Assembly (NCBI GenBank): GCA_035510575.1
Contig: DATKGV010000008.1
Coordinates: forward strand, 68,618-132,617
Origin: Minisyncoccota bacterium
Lineage (GTDB): Bacteria > Patescibacteriota > Minisyncoccia > Phycocordibacterales > UBA9973
Length of the DNA: 64,000 nt
Direction: 5' to 3'
In this document: in pieces, positions 1 through 10,154 of the stretch
Position numbering within the stretch: the first letter of the stretch is position 1
Layout of the letters: the number at the start of each line of letters is the position of its first letter
The notes under the pieces: generated by a model
Seen by the model: only the letters and a program-made list of their open reading frames with translations
Told to the model about the DNA's origin: nothing
The model's database searches: none
Made by a program: the position numbers and the translations under genes

Positions 1-7
1 GAATAAT

Positions 8-1798
8 TTGACTAATGATATAGTTCAAAAAGAGACCAATATATTGAAAAATCCCGGCTACTCGGCTTATTACCCGTATGGCCGAAGTTTTTCCCTGCTG
101 GCGACGGAAGAGAGCGCAGTTCACGGCGTAAATCTATATGCTCAAAGTTTGACGAATAATCTTATCCTCGGATCAACGCCGAAAAGTTTCGCGACTGATT
201 TCTCGCAAGGCGGACTTAATAACTCATCATCAGGAATATACTCATCTTCATATGATTCAGATGGCGGCTGGGATGGATGGCTTGGTTTGACTATGAATCC
301 AGCCAACAATCCGCTCGGATTTACTTTGCTTGAAGGCGAAAACATAGCTAAGAAGCAATCGACTGCCGTTGCCATGACGAAAGAACAATTAGCCGAAGGC
401 AATGGCTATCTTCCTGATCAGAGATGCGTTAAATGGCAATTGGTAGATAAAGCCGGCAATCTTGAATACGATGATGATGGCTCGGACTCAACAACCACCA
501 GTGATCCTGGAGCAGGAAATGGCATATGCATACTCTATAAAACAGTCACTCCTGGAAGCGCTATAAGAGATAAGGTTGCCAAATATATTAATTCGCCCGA
601 AACACAGCTTGAACTGGGCCAAACCATGAATGACGCGCTGAACCTTTTGTTCACTAAACTCCTTAGTCAATTTGAAAATCAAGGTCTTGTAAGTCTTGGA
701 ACAACTGCCGTTAGCATGACTAATGGCGGTAGCACGCTTAATGGAACGAACATAAATAATAATGGCGGAGGATTTACCGGATCGTTTGATTTAACTAGAG
801 ATATACCGGCTTTGATTAAAACGCAGAATGACTATAAGACGGCGGCCAACAAATCATTGAAAGAAGTTCTGCCTTTTGTCGTGCCGGCAGTCGGCAAGCT
901 TGATTATTGCATTCCAGGACCTAACTCAAATTGGCAAAGCAATTCCAGTGATACTATGAATAATCTTAATGACTATTTAACCAACATAAGAACGCAGAGT
1001 GTGGATATACCAGCGTGGAAATTTAAACTTGAATGTCTATCTTTTGGCATAATCTCTTATCTTTCCTCATGTTCTGGGGATAACACTACTACTCGTACCG
1101 ATATTCTGACGCTACCGGATCCATCAACATACAAAAGCGCTTTTGACGGCTATCTAAGTTTTAACACAAATTTATGGAAGGAAGTAAAGGCAATATTCTA
1201 TGCTTACGTCACAAAGGGTGAAACTACTGACGGCCCTTTTATTTTCTTCATGGATAACGATAGTCCGCTTGGACCTTTCAAATCTTATGGCCAGATACCA
1301 GCAGGCGCGCCAATAATTAAGATTTCTCAAGTTCAGATTGACGGCAAAGTTACAGCTTGGACCGATTATATAAAAAATCTCAATACTGAATATAAAGCCA
1401 AGATTGATGCTTTATACGGGCCGAATAGCGTCATGCAGAGCGGATTTGATTCAAACTTAAATCCATCTTCAGATTATCTGCCTATGGCGCAAGCGGGCCT
1501 CAGTATAACAAAAGACCTCAAAGTAGACGCTGATAATATAACTTCCGAGACAAAAGATTATACTGACTCTGTTTCGCAAGCTACTTCAAACATATACAAG
1601 CTTCAAAAAATAGATGATCAAGTCCAGGCAATTCTTAAAATAGCGCGAGACAGGAGAGCTGCCAACAGAGCCAAGGCCGGAGAGGACCCATTCACGCAAT
1701 ATTGCCTTGATAATGAAGTAATAAATATTACCGGCAATGATTGCATAGATCCGGCAACAGGAAATACGATAGAGTGCATTCCCACAATTGCGCCTTAA
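8..1798 (+). CDS. large hypothetical protein, probably truncated at the 5' window edge; Gly/Ser/Asn-rich N-terminal part, no recognisable catalytic motif
   Basis: 596-aa ORF reaching the window start; AT-rich codon usage matches neighbouring genes; first member of the + strand cluster that ends in the VirB4-like genes. Confidence 0.4.
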   Translation: MTNDIVQKETNILKNPGYSAYYPYGRSFSLLATEESAVHGVNLYAQSLTNNLILGSTPKSFATDFSQGGLNNSSSGIYSSSYDSDGGWDGWLGLTMNPANNPLGFTLLEGENIAKKQSTAVAMTKEQLAEGNGYLPDQRCVKWQLVDKAGNLEYDDDGSDSTTTSDPGAGNGICILYKTVTPGSAIRDKVAKYINSPETQLELGQTMNDALNLLFTKLLSQFENQGLVSLGTTAVSMTNGGSTLNGTNINNNGGGFTGSFDLTRDIPALIKTQNDYKTAANKSLKEVLPFVVPAVGKLDYCIPGPNSNWQSNSSDTMNNLNDYLTNIRTQSVDIPAWKFKLECLSFGIISYLSSCSGDNTTTRTDILTLPDPSTYKSAFDGYLSFNTNLWKEVKAIFYAYVTKGETTDGPFIFFMDNDSPLGPFKSYGQIPAGAPIIKISQVQIDGKVTAWTDYIKNLNTEYKAKIDALYGPNSVMQSGFDSNLNPSSDYLPMAQAGLSITKDLKVDADNITSETKDYTDSVSQATSNIYKLQKIDDQVQAILKIARDRRAANRAKAGEDPFTQYCLDNEVINITGNDCIDPATGNTIECIPTIAP

Positions 1799-1808
1799 TT
1801 AAAAAATT

Positions 1809-3281
1809 ATGGAAAACAATCCTAAAAAAAGCAAAGCATTGATAATAACGATTATAGCGGTCATTCTGCTCGGAATAGCCGTGTATTTCCTGTTTAAAAA
1901 TAAAAACCAGATATTCGGCACAACAAGCTCACCAACAGGAATTGGCAAAGTTTTTGCGCCGTTGCTTGGCACATCAAAGCCGAAAAATCCAAATGTAATA
2001 GGCAATGGCGGAGCAACAAATGGCACAGGAGCAGGGACAGGAAATAATGGAGGGTTGATTACAGGAGGAACAGGTACAGGAGTAGGGACAGGAAATAATG
2101 GCGGGTTGATTACAGGGGGAACAGGATCAGGCCCCATTAATGTTGGTCCGGCAAATAATACCAGCGGCGGTTTTGGATCAAATGGAGAATACTCTCCAGC
2201 GCTTACGCCGATCCCAACGCCTAATAATAATTTAAATAACAATAATAATTCAAATCCAAATGCTCCTGTGGTTACATTCACTGCAAATCCATCGTCATTA
2301 TCTTCAACGGGAGGATCATCAGTTCTCACATGGACTGTAGCGAATATGCAGTATAGTCCTGCTTCATGCGTGGCAAGTGGCGGGAGTGGTTGGACCGGAA
2401 GTAAATATTTTGCCGGCACGCAGAAAATGTCAGTAACTTCAACAACCGACTATACGCTTACTTGCTCAAACTCATTTGGAAGCAATTCAGCGACAACAAC
2501 CATAACAGTTGGTTCAACCAATAATTTAAATCCAAATGCTCCTGTGGTTACATTTACTGCAAATCCATCGTCATTATCTTCAACGGGAGGATCATCAGTT
2601 CTCACATGGACTGTAGCGAATATGCAGTATAGTCCTGCTTCATGCGTGGCAAGTGGCGGGAGTGGTTGGACCGGAAGCAAGTATTATGGCGGCACGCAGA
2701 AAATGTCAGTAACTTCAACAACCGACTATACGCTTACTTGCTCAAACTCATTTGGAAGCAATTCAGCGACAACAACCATAACAGTTGGTGAAACCACGCC
2801 GCCAACAGAGATAACAGCTTCATGTCCTGATGATCCATTGTTATTTACGCGCACCGAGCACCAAAAGCTTGTTCTTTTATTAAAACAATTTTATCTTATC
2901 GCGCCGACGCTTAAAACGGATGATGATGTGACTGCCGTAAACAGCGATATGGACAAGAACAAAGCGATAATAGATCAAGCCACGGAATTTGAAAAAGAAT
3001 GTCAGGCAGAAAAAGGAAATCCTGATTATAAAACAGATCCTGATTACAATCCTAATTACACCGGTCCGACATCAATAAAATGCAATCCATATTATCAAGA
3101 GGGTACATGCGCAAATGACAATTTTGACGGAAGTTATCTTCCTAGTTCTCTCACTACTCCAAGTCCTACATCCGAGTGGTTCGCAGCGACATATATGGAT
3201 CCAACAAAAACTCAAACTTACGACAAAAGCGCAAAACCTGAAGATTACAGCAAATTTGAAAAAATGTTTTATATTTGGTAA
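1809..3281 (+). CDS. membrane-anchored Gly/Thr-rich protein with a tandemly duplicated Ig-like beta-sandwich module
   Basis: N-terminal hydrophobic helix (LIITIIAVILLGIAVYFLF); GTG/NNGG low-complexity linker; the ~92-aa module (NPNAPVVTFTANPSSLSSTGGSSVLTWTVANMQYSPASCVASGGSGWTGSKY..TDYTLTCSNSFGSNSATTTITVG) occurs twice. Confidence 0.5.
   Translation: MENNPKKSKALIITIIAVILLGIAVYFLFKNKNQIFGTTSSPTGIGKVFAPLLGTSKPKNPNVIGNGGATNGTGAGTGNNGGLITGGTGTGVGTGNNGGLITGGTGSGPINVGPANNTSGGFGSNGEYSPALTPIPTPNNNLNNNNNSNPNAPVVTFTANPSSLSSTGGSSVLTWTVANMQYSPASCVASGGSGWTGSKYFAGTQKMSVTSTTDYTLTCSNSFGSNSATTTITVGSTNNLNPNAPVVTFTANPSSLSSTGGSSVLTWTVANMQYSPASCVASGGSGWTGSKYYGGTQKMSVTSTTDYTLTCSNSFGSNSATTTITVGETTPPTEITASCPDDPLLFTRTEHQKLVLLLKQFYLIAPTLKTDDDVTAVNSDMDKNKAIIDQATEFEKECQAEKGNPDYKTDPDYNPNYTGPTSIKCNPYYQEGTCANDNFDGSYLPSSLTTPSPTSEWFAATYMDPTKTQTYDKSAKPEDYSKFEKMFYIW
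2252..2803 (+). repeat. near-identical tandem duplication (2 x ~276 bp) inside the CDS 1809..3281
   Basis: Copy 1 (~2252-2527) and copy 2 (~2528-2803) differ at only a handful of positions when read side by side; they encode the repeated Ig-like module. Confidence 0.8.
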
Positions 3282-5971
3282 TTATTATCGCCATGAAAAA
3301 AATTTTGCCTTACATTCTCATAATTTCAGTCATCGCAAATTTCTTTGCGCCTATTAGCGTGGGTATGGACAGCAATTACAGAGTGAATGTAAAGAGCAAT
3401 ACGGCCAGCGCGGCCGGGTTCGATGATACTCCAACCGGCTATAAAAATGCTTTTCCAAACACAAGTAGTGTTGTTTCTGCTGGCCGTATAGATGTAATAC
3501 CGCCTGATAATAAAACAGCCACAATGGTGGTTAATATTACTTTAAGCACCGGTGTTGCTTCAGGGGGAGATGCGTCAGACAATTGGAGTCATGCGCAATA
3601 CGAAGGAGAAGGCACAGGGGGTGTCACATTTTTTGCTGATAATGATTTTATCTTAGTTATAAAAGATAATAACAATCCAAATCTAACTGGCTGGCTTGAT
3701 GTTACCAACGCACTGTTAAACCTATCTAATACTGGCGGTATGAATTATTTGGGAAACATGACAGGGAAATCTGGGTGGCGAGGGGACAGTAAAATGCCAA
3801 TTTCTATTTCCAATGATGTTCTTGTTAAAGATATCTCGCCTATAGGAACTCCCGGATTATCGTCATTGCAAGCAGGAGGAAGTTATACTGTAACTTTGTA
3901 TTATAAAGGATGTTATGACAATGATGTGACAGATATACTAGACAGAATCTGCACTGGTGGAAAAGCCGGAGTAGATATTCTTCAAAAGGAGAGCACTCTT
4001 TCACCGGTAATAAATAGATATTTCAGCATAGCAAGCACTCCTCCTATTGTTATCCAAAAACAAGGCACTACCGGGGGAGCTATCAGTAAAGGGCAGGCAA
4101 CAATGGTGCCAGGAGCTGTAGATACTATGCCATATTGCTTCAAGGATCCTTTTGATCTCAGTCCTGCGGGCTGCGCGGCGCAGCTTTTGTATTATGTATT
4201 ATTTGTTCCGACATCATTCGTGTTCGCGCTGACTGGAAGATTTTTTGATTTTGTTTTCGCGTATTCCATAAGCGACTCTTCTTACAGATCGGCTTTCGTG
4301 GTACAAGGATGGGGTCTTGTGCGCGATTTCTGCAATATGTTCTTTATCTTTGTTCTGCTTTATATCGCCTTTGCCACAATCCTTAATCTTCAAGGATTCA
4401 AGACAAAAGAAATGATTATAAATGTGGTCATCATAGGCATACTGATCAATTTCAGCTTATTCGCCACGCAAGTTATTATCGACACTTCAAACATACTGGC
4501 AAGAGTTTTCTATAATTCAAACGCTATTACGATTACTCAAAACAGCACTGCTGGAACTGGACTCGGCACTGTTACCGCAGGTCCCAATGGAGAATTGCCG
4601 TTATCAGCCGCTTTAGTTAATAAAGTTAATCCTCAAAACTTAATTATCAATGCAAACCAAGTCGGTTATTTGCCGGACAAGGGAGGCGTGGGCAACAAAG
4701 ACAAGACAACCCTAGGAACAGGAACGTTTATTCTGGTCACATTGCTCGCTACTGCGGTAAACATAGTCGGCTTGATGGTATTTCTATCTGTCGGCTTGAT
4801 CTTCGTTGCTAGAGTTGTCGGGCTGTGGCTGGCTATGATATTTGTTCCTCTGGCATTCTTCTCCTATACAGTGCCAGCGATGCAAGGCCTTGATTACATC
4901 GGGTGGAAAAAATGGTGGCCTGAGACGCTGAAGCTGGCATTTTTGGCTCCAATCTTCATATTCTTCCTTTATTTGATACTTAAATTCCTTGATACCGGCC
5001 TTAGCTTGATAAACGCTCAAGGCCAAAGCGGTCTGGCATTCGTGGTTTCAATTATGTTGCCGTTCATATTTATTATGGTGCTCTTAATGAAAGCTAAAGA
5101 TGTTGCAAGGACGATGTCAGGAACTATGGGACAAGGGATTGTTGATGGTGTTAAAAAATATGGTGGTATGGCTGCTGGGGCAGGTCTTGGTGTAGCAGCT
5201 TTTGCTGGAAGACAAACTATTGGACGTCTAGCCACTAATGCAATGCAAAGTAATAAATTCATGGACTGGGCAGGAAAAAATAAAATTGGCGCTCGCGCAT
5301 TAAAGATGACAAGCGGTGTTGCTTCAGGTAGCTTTGATGCAAGGGGAGTAAAGATTGCTGGTAAAGATTTAAGTTCAACTGGTCTTGATGTAGGAAAAAG
5401 TGCAAAGGCTGGTGGTTTTGCTAAGATAAGAGAAGATAAAGTTAAAAAAGAAGAAGAGTTTGCAAAAAAACATCTTGATACAAGTGATTATGGAATGGCT
5501 GAATTAAGAAGTGGAAATATGTCAAAAGCAAAAGCTGATAGAGTTATTGAACAAATTAAAAAATCTAATAATGGTAAAGGGGAACTTCCTGTTGATAAAA
5601 ATGGTAAACCTATAAGTGAAGCGGCATTTAGAACTCAATTAGTAATGGGTGACGGGTTGGATGCAAAAACTGCTCAAACAGTAGCTGATCAAATGAGTTC
5701 TGCTAGAAGAAATGATAGAGCTGATCAATTTAAAAATAGCATATTTGCAACAAATAGAATAAAAGCAAATAAAATTAGAAAGAATCCGGAAAATCTGAAA
5801 GAAGCGCGTCAATTAGCTGCTACTGTTGCAGCCCTTGCTGCAGCGCAAAAAGCTACTGAAGGCGGACATAATAAACCGGAGGCACATAAAGAACCTGCTG
5901 TTCAAGCCGCACCAGCACCTGCTGCAACTCCAGCATCTGCTCCATCGGGTGGAGAGACGCATCATGCTTAA
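3275..5971 (+). CDS. polytopic membrane protein, VirB6/TrbL-like (Tn916 ORF15-like) conjugation/T4SS channel component with a Lys/Ala-rich C-terminal tail
   Basis: 898 aa; signal/TM at N-terminus, large extracytoplasmic domain, then >6 hydrophobic helices (e.g. FCNMFFIFVLLYIAFATI, IINVVIIGILINFSLFATQVIID, IVGLMVFLSVGLIFVARVVGLWLAMIFVPLAFF); located upstream of the PrgI-like and VirB4-like genes. Confidence 0.45.
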   Translation: MVIIIAMKKILPYILIISVIANFFAPISVGMDSNYRVNVKSNTASAAGFDDTPTGYKNAFPNTSSVVSAGRIDVIPPDNKTATMVVNITLSTGVASGGDASDNWSHAQYEGEGTGGVTFFADNDFILVIKDNNNPNLTGWLDVTNALLNLSNTGGMNYLGNMTGKSGWRGDSKMPISISNDVLVKDISPIGTPGLSSLQAGGSYTVTLYYKGCYDNDVTDILDRICTGGKAGVDILQKESTLSPVINRYFSIASTPPIVIQKQGTTGGAISKGQATMVPGAVDTMPYCFKDPFDLSPAGCAAQLLYYVLFVPTSFVFALTGRFFDFVFAYSISDSSYRSAFVVQGWGLVRDFCNMFFIFVLLYIAFATILNLQGFKTKEMIINVVIIGILINFSLFATQVIIDTSNILARVFYNSNAITITQNSTAGTGLGTVTAGPNGELPLSAALVNKVNPQNLIINANQVGYLPDKGGVGNKDKTTLGTGTFILVTLLATAVNIVGLMVFLSVGLIFVARVVGLWLAMIFVPLAFFSYTVPAMQGLDYIGWKKWWPETLKLAFLAPIFIFFLYLILKFLDTGLSLINAQGQSGLAFVVSIMLPFIFIMVLLMKAKDVARTMSGTMGQGIVDGVKKYGGMAAGAGLGVAAFAGRQTIGRLATNAMQSNKFMDWAGKNKIGARALKMTSGVASGSFDARGVKIAGKDLSSTGLDVGKSAKAGGFAKIREDKVKKEEEFAKKHLDTSDYGMAELRSGNMSKAKADRVIEQIKKSNNGKGELPVDKNGKPISEAAFRTQLVMGDGLDAKTAQTVADQMSSARRNDRADQFKNSIFATNRIKANKIRKNPENLKEARQLAATVAALAAAQKATEGGHNKPEAHKEPAVQAAPAPAATPASAPSGGETHHA

Positions 5972-5982
5972 AATATAATATA

Positions 5983-7089
5983 ATGGATACAGAAACAGAA
6001 AAAATAATAGAGGAACAGTTAAAATCTTTACCTGAAGAGATAGTTGCCTTTTTTGCTGATCCAAAAACAAATGAGCAAATTTTAGAGATAGGAAAAACAG
6101 CTCAACTTAATGCTGAACAATTGGATATTTTTCAAATGGAAACTTCTTTATTGATACTAGGATTAGTTTATCCAAATGATTTTAAAGATGAACTAAAAAG
6201 CAAATTAAATATAAAAGAAGAAATTCTAAATAAGATAATAAAAGATATATATATATTTATATCAGATGAAAAAATAGAAAAACTTAAAGAAATATATAAA
6301 GAAGACAAGGAACAATTAGAACTTGATCCAAGATTTTCTGATTTATCAATAAACATACAACTAGCGATTGCAAGTTCAGATTGGCAAAACAAACTTTATG
6401 AAATAGCGACAAAAAATAAGCTGACAGTCGATAAAATGGCGCTTTTGGAAGATATCACAGTCAAAGTAATGTCAGGCAAAATTCCGCCGGATAAATATGA
6501 GGGCGAATTGGCAAGCGCTTTGACCGGGCTAGACAAGGATGATTTGAAGGAAATAGTCGCGGAGGTAAATGAAAATATTATGAAAGTTATCCGCGCCTTT
6601 GAGCAGGAACAAACAAAAGAACCAGAGGAAGACGAAGTTCCTCTTCCTCCATACAAGAAAGCGCCAGTAGAGAATTTGTCATTTAAAAATGAGGAAAGCA
6701 TATATGCGACTTCCGGAATTCAAATGATAAATGAAACGCCATCAAAAGAAAATATTAATGAGAAAGAAAAAATGACAATGAATGAAGATAAGGTTTTGGC
6801 AAAGCAAGGGATCGGTATGATAGAAGAAAAACCAGAAATTGAAAAAGAGCACTTGCTTCCAAATACTGAAACGCAAAAAAGCGTTCTTGAAGGCATAGAA
6901 AATCCGCCCAGCGTCGCTTCAAGCATCATAGGGAATAAATTAAGCGGTCCGACTGCGAGCATGAATAAAGTCAGCGATTATTCTCTGCCTAAAATAAGCA
7001 AAAAAGATGACGAAGCTGGTAAAATACCGAAGCCGCCTGAGGGATATACTTCTAAACTGCATGATCCATATCACGAAGAAGTAATATAA
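5983..7089 (+). CDS. acidic cytoplasmic hypothetical protein
   Basis: 368-aa ORF, Glu/Lys-rich, no TM segments; inside the T4SS-like cluster. Confidence 0.4.
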   Translation: MDTETEKIIEEQLKSLPEEIVAFFADPKTNEQILEIGKTAQLNAEQLDIFQMETSLLILGLVYPNDFKDELKSKLNIKEEILNKIIKDIYIFISDEKIEKLKEIYKEDKEQLELDPRFSDLSINIQLAIASSDWQNKLYEIATKNKLTVDKMALLEDITVKVMSGKIPPDKYEGELASALTGLDKDDLKEIVAEVNENIMKVIRAFEQEQTKEPEEDEVPLPPYKKAPVENLSFKNEESIYATSGIQMINETPSKENINEKEKMTMNEDKVLAKQGIGMIEEKPEIEKEHLLPNTETQKSVLEGIENPPSVASSIIGNKLSGPTASMNKVSDYSLPKISKKDDEAGKIPKPPEGYTSKLHDPYHEEVI

Positions 7090-7097
7090 TGGAATTT

Positions 7098-7186
7098 CCT
7101 CCTCCCCTTAATAAGGGGAGGATTGAGGAGGGGTCTTTGTGTTTGACCCCCTCCCAGCCTCCCCCTTGTTAAGGGGGAGGGGAAGA
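7098..7186. repeat. GC-rich palindromic intergenic element (two hairpins: CCCCTTAATAAGGGG and CCCCCTTGTTAAGGGGG)
   Basis: A GC island in an AT-rich background. Its first half is the reverse complement of the second half of the element at 10155-10243 (cctcctccccttaataaggggaggattgaggagggg vs cccctcctcaatcctccccttattaaggggaagagg). Confidence 0.7.
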
Positions 7187-7211
7187 AATAAAAACATGTT
7201 ATACTATTTAT

Positions 7212-7625
7212 ATGCAATTCAAGGTTCCGCAATTTATCGACGTTGAAGACAAGCTGTTCGGCCCTTTTACTTTTCGCCAATTCGCTTATTTAGTCGGGGG
7301 CGCCGGCTTGATATACGTCATATACAGATTATTGCCGTTATGGATAGGAATTTTCTTTATTTTGCCTGTGGCTGGACTTTCGGCTTTGCTGACATTCTAC
7401 AAGATAAATAACAAGCCCTTCATTTATTATCTGCAAGCGGGAATTAATTACTATATTTCCAGCAAGCTGTATATATGGAAACAGCGCCTGGTAAAACACA
7501 ATGAAAAAACAGAAGAAGCCGTCTTGCCGCAGCCGATATCAGTCGTGCCGATGATATCAAAAAGCTCTTTGAAAGATCTTTCATGGAGCTTGGATGTCAA
7601 AGAGAAAGAAAGCGACAACACTTAA
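7212..7625 (+). CDS. PrgI/VirB3-like small two-TM T4SS protein (Tn916 ORF17 / TcpE-like)
   Basis: 137 aa; N-terminal VPQFIDVEDKLFGPFTFRQFAYL followed by two hydrophobic helices; immediately upstream of VirB4-like ORFs, the conserved PrgI-VirB4 gene order of Gram-positive-type T4SS. Confidence 0.45.
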   Translation: MQFKVPQFIDVEDKLFGPFTFRQFAYLVGGAGLIYVIYRLLPLWIGIFFILPVAGLSALLTFYKINNKPFIYYLQAGINYYISSKLYIWKQRLVKHNEKTEEAVLPQPISVVPMISKSSLKDLSWSLDVKEKESDNT

Positions 7626-7651
7626 TATAAGTAACATGTTATAATAAAAAG

Positions 7652-8305
7652 ATGGCAATCAACGCAAGAGCAGCTCAAGAATTCGTGCCAATCAAAGAAG
7701 TACGCAACGGGGTTATCATTCTAAAGGATGGCGGGCTTAGAGCCGTGCTGATAGCCTCATCTATCAACCTGTCTCTTAAGTCCTCAGACGAACAAGTAGC
7801 CATAATAAATCAATTTCAGTCATTCCTTAATGGGCTTGATTTTTCCGTGCAAATCGTCATTCAATCGCGCCGGCTTGATATCAGGCCCTATCTTATGACG
7901 CTTGAGGGACGGCTAAAAGAGCAGAAGGAGCAGCTGTTAAAAATACAAACAAGCGAGTATATAGAATTTATCCGTTCCTTCACCGATGAAGTTAATATAA
8001 TGACAAAAACATTTTTTGTAGTCGTGCCATACAGCTCGACAGCGATAAAGTCAAGCAGCAGCATGCTGGACAGCTTAATCGGCGGAAATACTCCCAAGAA
8101 ACAGGTAGAGGACACCAAGAAAGCCATTGATACTGCCGATTTCGAAGAAAAGCGCAGCCAGCTTGATCAGCGGGTAGGCGTCATAACTGCCGGTCTTGGC
8201 GGACTCGGCATAAGATCAAGCCAGCTTAATACGGAAGAAATAGTTGAACTTTTTTATAAGACATTCAATCCGGGAGATATTAGCCAAGGAATTAAATTAC
8301 AATAA
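7652..8305 (+). CDS. VirB4-family N-terminal domain encoded as a separate ORF (split VirB4, part 1)
   Basis: FVPIKEVRNGVIILKDGGLRAVLIASSINLSLKSSDEQVAIINQFQSFLNGLDFSVQIVIQS matches the conserved start of Tn916 ORF16/TraE-type VirB4 ATPases; stop TAA at 8303-8305, next ORF starts 2 nt later in another frame. Confidence 0.5.
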   Translation: MAINARAAQEFVPIKEVRNGVIILKDGGLRAVLIASSINLSLKSSDEQVAIINQFQSFLNGLDFSVQIVIQSRRLDIRPYLMTLEGRLKEQKEQLLKIQTSEYIEFIRSFTDEVNIMTKTFFVVVPYSSTAIKSSSSMLDSLIGGNTPKKQVEDTKKAIDTADFEEKRSQLDQRVGVITAGLGGLGIRSSQLNTEEIVELFYKTFNPGDISQGIKLQ

Positions 8306-8307
8306 AA

Positions 8308-10143
8308 ATGAGCATATTTTCATCAATATTAGGAAATAAGAATGATAAAGCAAGCGCCAAGCCCAAAAGCTTGGTGATGCCGGTGCTTCCTACGGAGATT
8401 TACAAAGCGGCGACGCTTGAACTTCAAGATATCATAGCGCCATCGGCTCTTCAAATAACTCCAAAGTCAATCAATCTGGGAGATAAGATAGCTCGCACTT
8501 TTTTCGTCATATCTTATCCCCGCTACCTGACCGATAATTGGTTCTCGCCGATTATCAATCTTGATAAGGTCTTTGATGTTTCCATATTTATTCATCCCAT
8601 CGACACTTCCGAGATACTGCGCTCATTCCAGAAAAAGGTGGCTGAAGTCCAAAGCCAGATTTCAATACGCGAGGGCAAGGGCCTTGTCCGCGACCCGATG
8701 CTGGACACCGCTTATCAAGATCTTGAAGGTTTGCGCGACAGTTTGATGCAAGCGCAAGAAAAAATGTTCGATGTGGGCCTTTATATTACAATCTATGCTG
8801 ATAATGACAATGAGCTGTTCAAAATCGAAAGCGAGATTAAGTCACTTTTGGAATCAAAACTAATATATATAAAGCCCGCTTTGTTCCAGCAGGATGAAGC
8901 GTTCAAGAGCATCATACCGACCGGCACTGATCTTCTTGGCATTCATCAGAAATTGAACACCGAGCCACTTTCAAGCTTGTTCCCATTCGTCTCTTTCGAC
9001 CTGACTTCGGACAAGGGAATCTTGTACGGCGTAAACCGCCATAATTCAAGCCTGATAATTTTCGATAGATTCTCTCTTCCTAATTATAATTCAATTATGT
9101 TCGCGACTTCCGGCGCCGGAAAATCTTATGCCACCAAGCTTGAAATAATACGCACGCTGATGTTTGATACCGAAGTTATCGTTATTGATCCGGAAAGGGA
9201 ATATGAATATCTTTCCGAAGCCGTCGGCGGCAGATATTTCAATATTGCTCTTTCTTCCGACCACCACATCAATCCTTTTGATCTGCCCATTCCGAGCTCC
9301 GATGAAACCGGCGCCGATGTCTTGCGCGCCAATACGATTAATCTCGTGGGATTGTTCCGCATAATGCTGGGCGGGCTCACGCCTGAAGAGGACTCCATAG
9401 TTGATCGCGCGATTACTGAAACATACGCGCTGAAAGATATTACAGCCGACTCGGACTTTGCAAATATTGAACCGCCTCTCTTATCGGATTTCGAAATGAT
9501 TCTGGCGGGAATGGATGGAAGCGGATCGCTTATACAGCGGCTAACCAAATACACTCACGGATCATGGGCGTCATTTTTGGATCAGCCCTCAAACGTTGAT
9601 ATCAACCGCAAATTCGTCGTCTTTTCGGTTCGCGACATGGAAGACGAATTAAAGCCGGTAGCCATGTATATAGTCACGCACTACATCTGGAATGCTGTCC
9701 GTAAAAATATCAAGAAGCGCCTGCTTGTGGTTGATGAGGCCTGGTGGATGATGAAATCCGAAGATACGGCGTCTTTCTTGTATTCCATCGCCAAGCGCGG
9801 GCGAAAATATTATTTGGGGCTTGCTACTATCACGCAAGACGTGGGCGACTTCATGAAAAGCCCATACGGAGTGCCGATAGTTACAAACTCGTCTATTCAG
9901 CTTCTTCTTAAGCAGTCGCCGTCAACGATAGATGTCCTTCAAAAAACATTCAATCTGACCGATGAGGAAAAATATCTGCTTTTGGAAGCCAATGTCGGCG
10001 AGGGAATATTCTTCGCCGGCCTCAAGCACGTGGCTGTCAAAGTGATATCTTCTTATACCGAGGACCAAATTATCACTTCGGATCCTTCGCAAATCCTGGC
10101 TATTAAGAAAGCAAAAGATGATTTGCTTTCGGCAAAGAGTTAG
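8308..10143 (+). CDS. VirB4/TraE/TrbE-family T4SS ATPase (split VirB4, part 2)
   Basis: Walker A FATSGAGKSYATKL; Walker B LLVVDEAWWMM (the DEAW signature of VirB4/CagE/TrbE); 611 aa. Confidence 0.7.
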   Translation: MSIFSSILGNKNDKASAKPKSLVMPVLPTEIYKAATLELQDIIAPSALQITPKSINLGDKIARTFFVISYPRYLTDNWFSPIINLDKVFDVSIFIHPIDTSEILRSFQKKVAEVQSQISIREGKGLVRDPMLDTAYQDLEGLRDSLMQAQEKMFDVGLYITIYADNDNELFKIESEIKSLLESKLIYIKPALFQQDEAFKSIIPTGTDLLGIHQKLNTEPLSSLFPFVSFDLTSDKGILYGVNRHNSSLIIFDRFSLPNYNSIMFATSGAGKSYATKLEIIRTLMFDTEVIVIDPEREYEYLSEAVGGRYFNIALSSDHHINPFDLPIPSSDETGADVLRANTINLVGLFRIMLGGLTPEEDSIVDRAITETYALKDITADSDFANIEPPLLSDFEMILAGMDGSGSLIQRLTKYTHGSWASFLDQPSNVDINRKFVVFSVRDMEDELKPVAMYIVTHYIWNAVRKNIKKRLLVVDEAWWMMKSEDTASFLYSIAKRGRKYYLGLATITQDVGDFMKSPYGVPIVTNSSIQLLLKQSPSTIDVLQKTFNLTDEEKYLLLEANVGEGIFFAGLKHVAVKVISSYTEDQIITSDPSQILAIKKAKDDLLSAKS

Positions 10144-10154
10144 GGTTGAATTTT

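Noticed and set aside
1799-2680. Minus-strand ORFs 1799..2419 and 2450..2680 (Pro/Val-rich) antisense to the Gly/Thr-rich repeats
   Set aside because: Artefact of the low-complexity GGN/ACN repeats on the sense strand; the two are duplicates of each other only because the sense strand is tandemly duplicated.
9126-9554. 142-aa minus-strand ORF inside virB4 and 17581..17982 inside dnaN
   Set aside because: Antisense to well-supported genes with strong motif evidence; no independent support.
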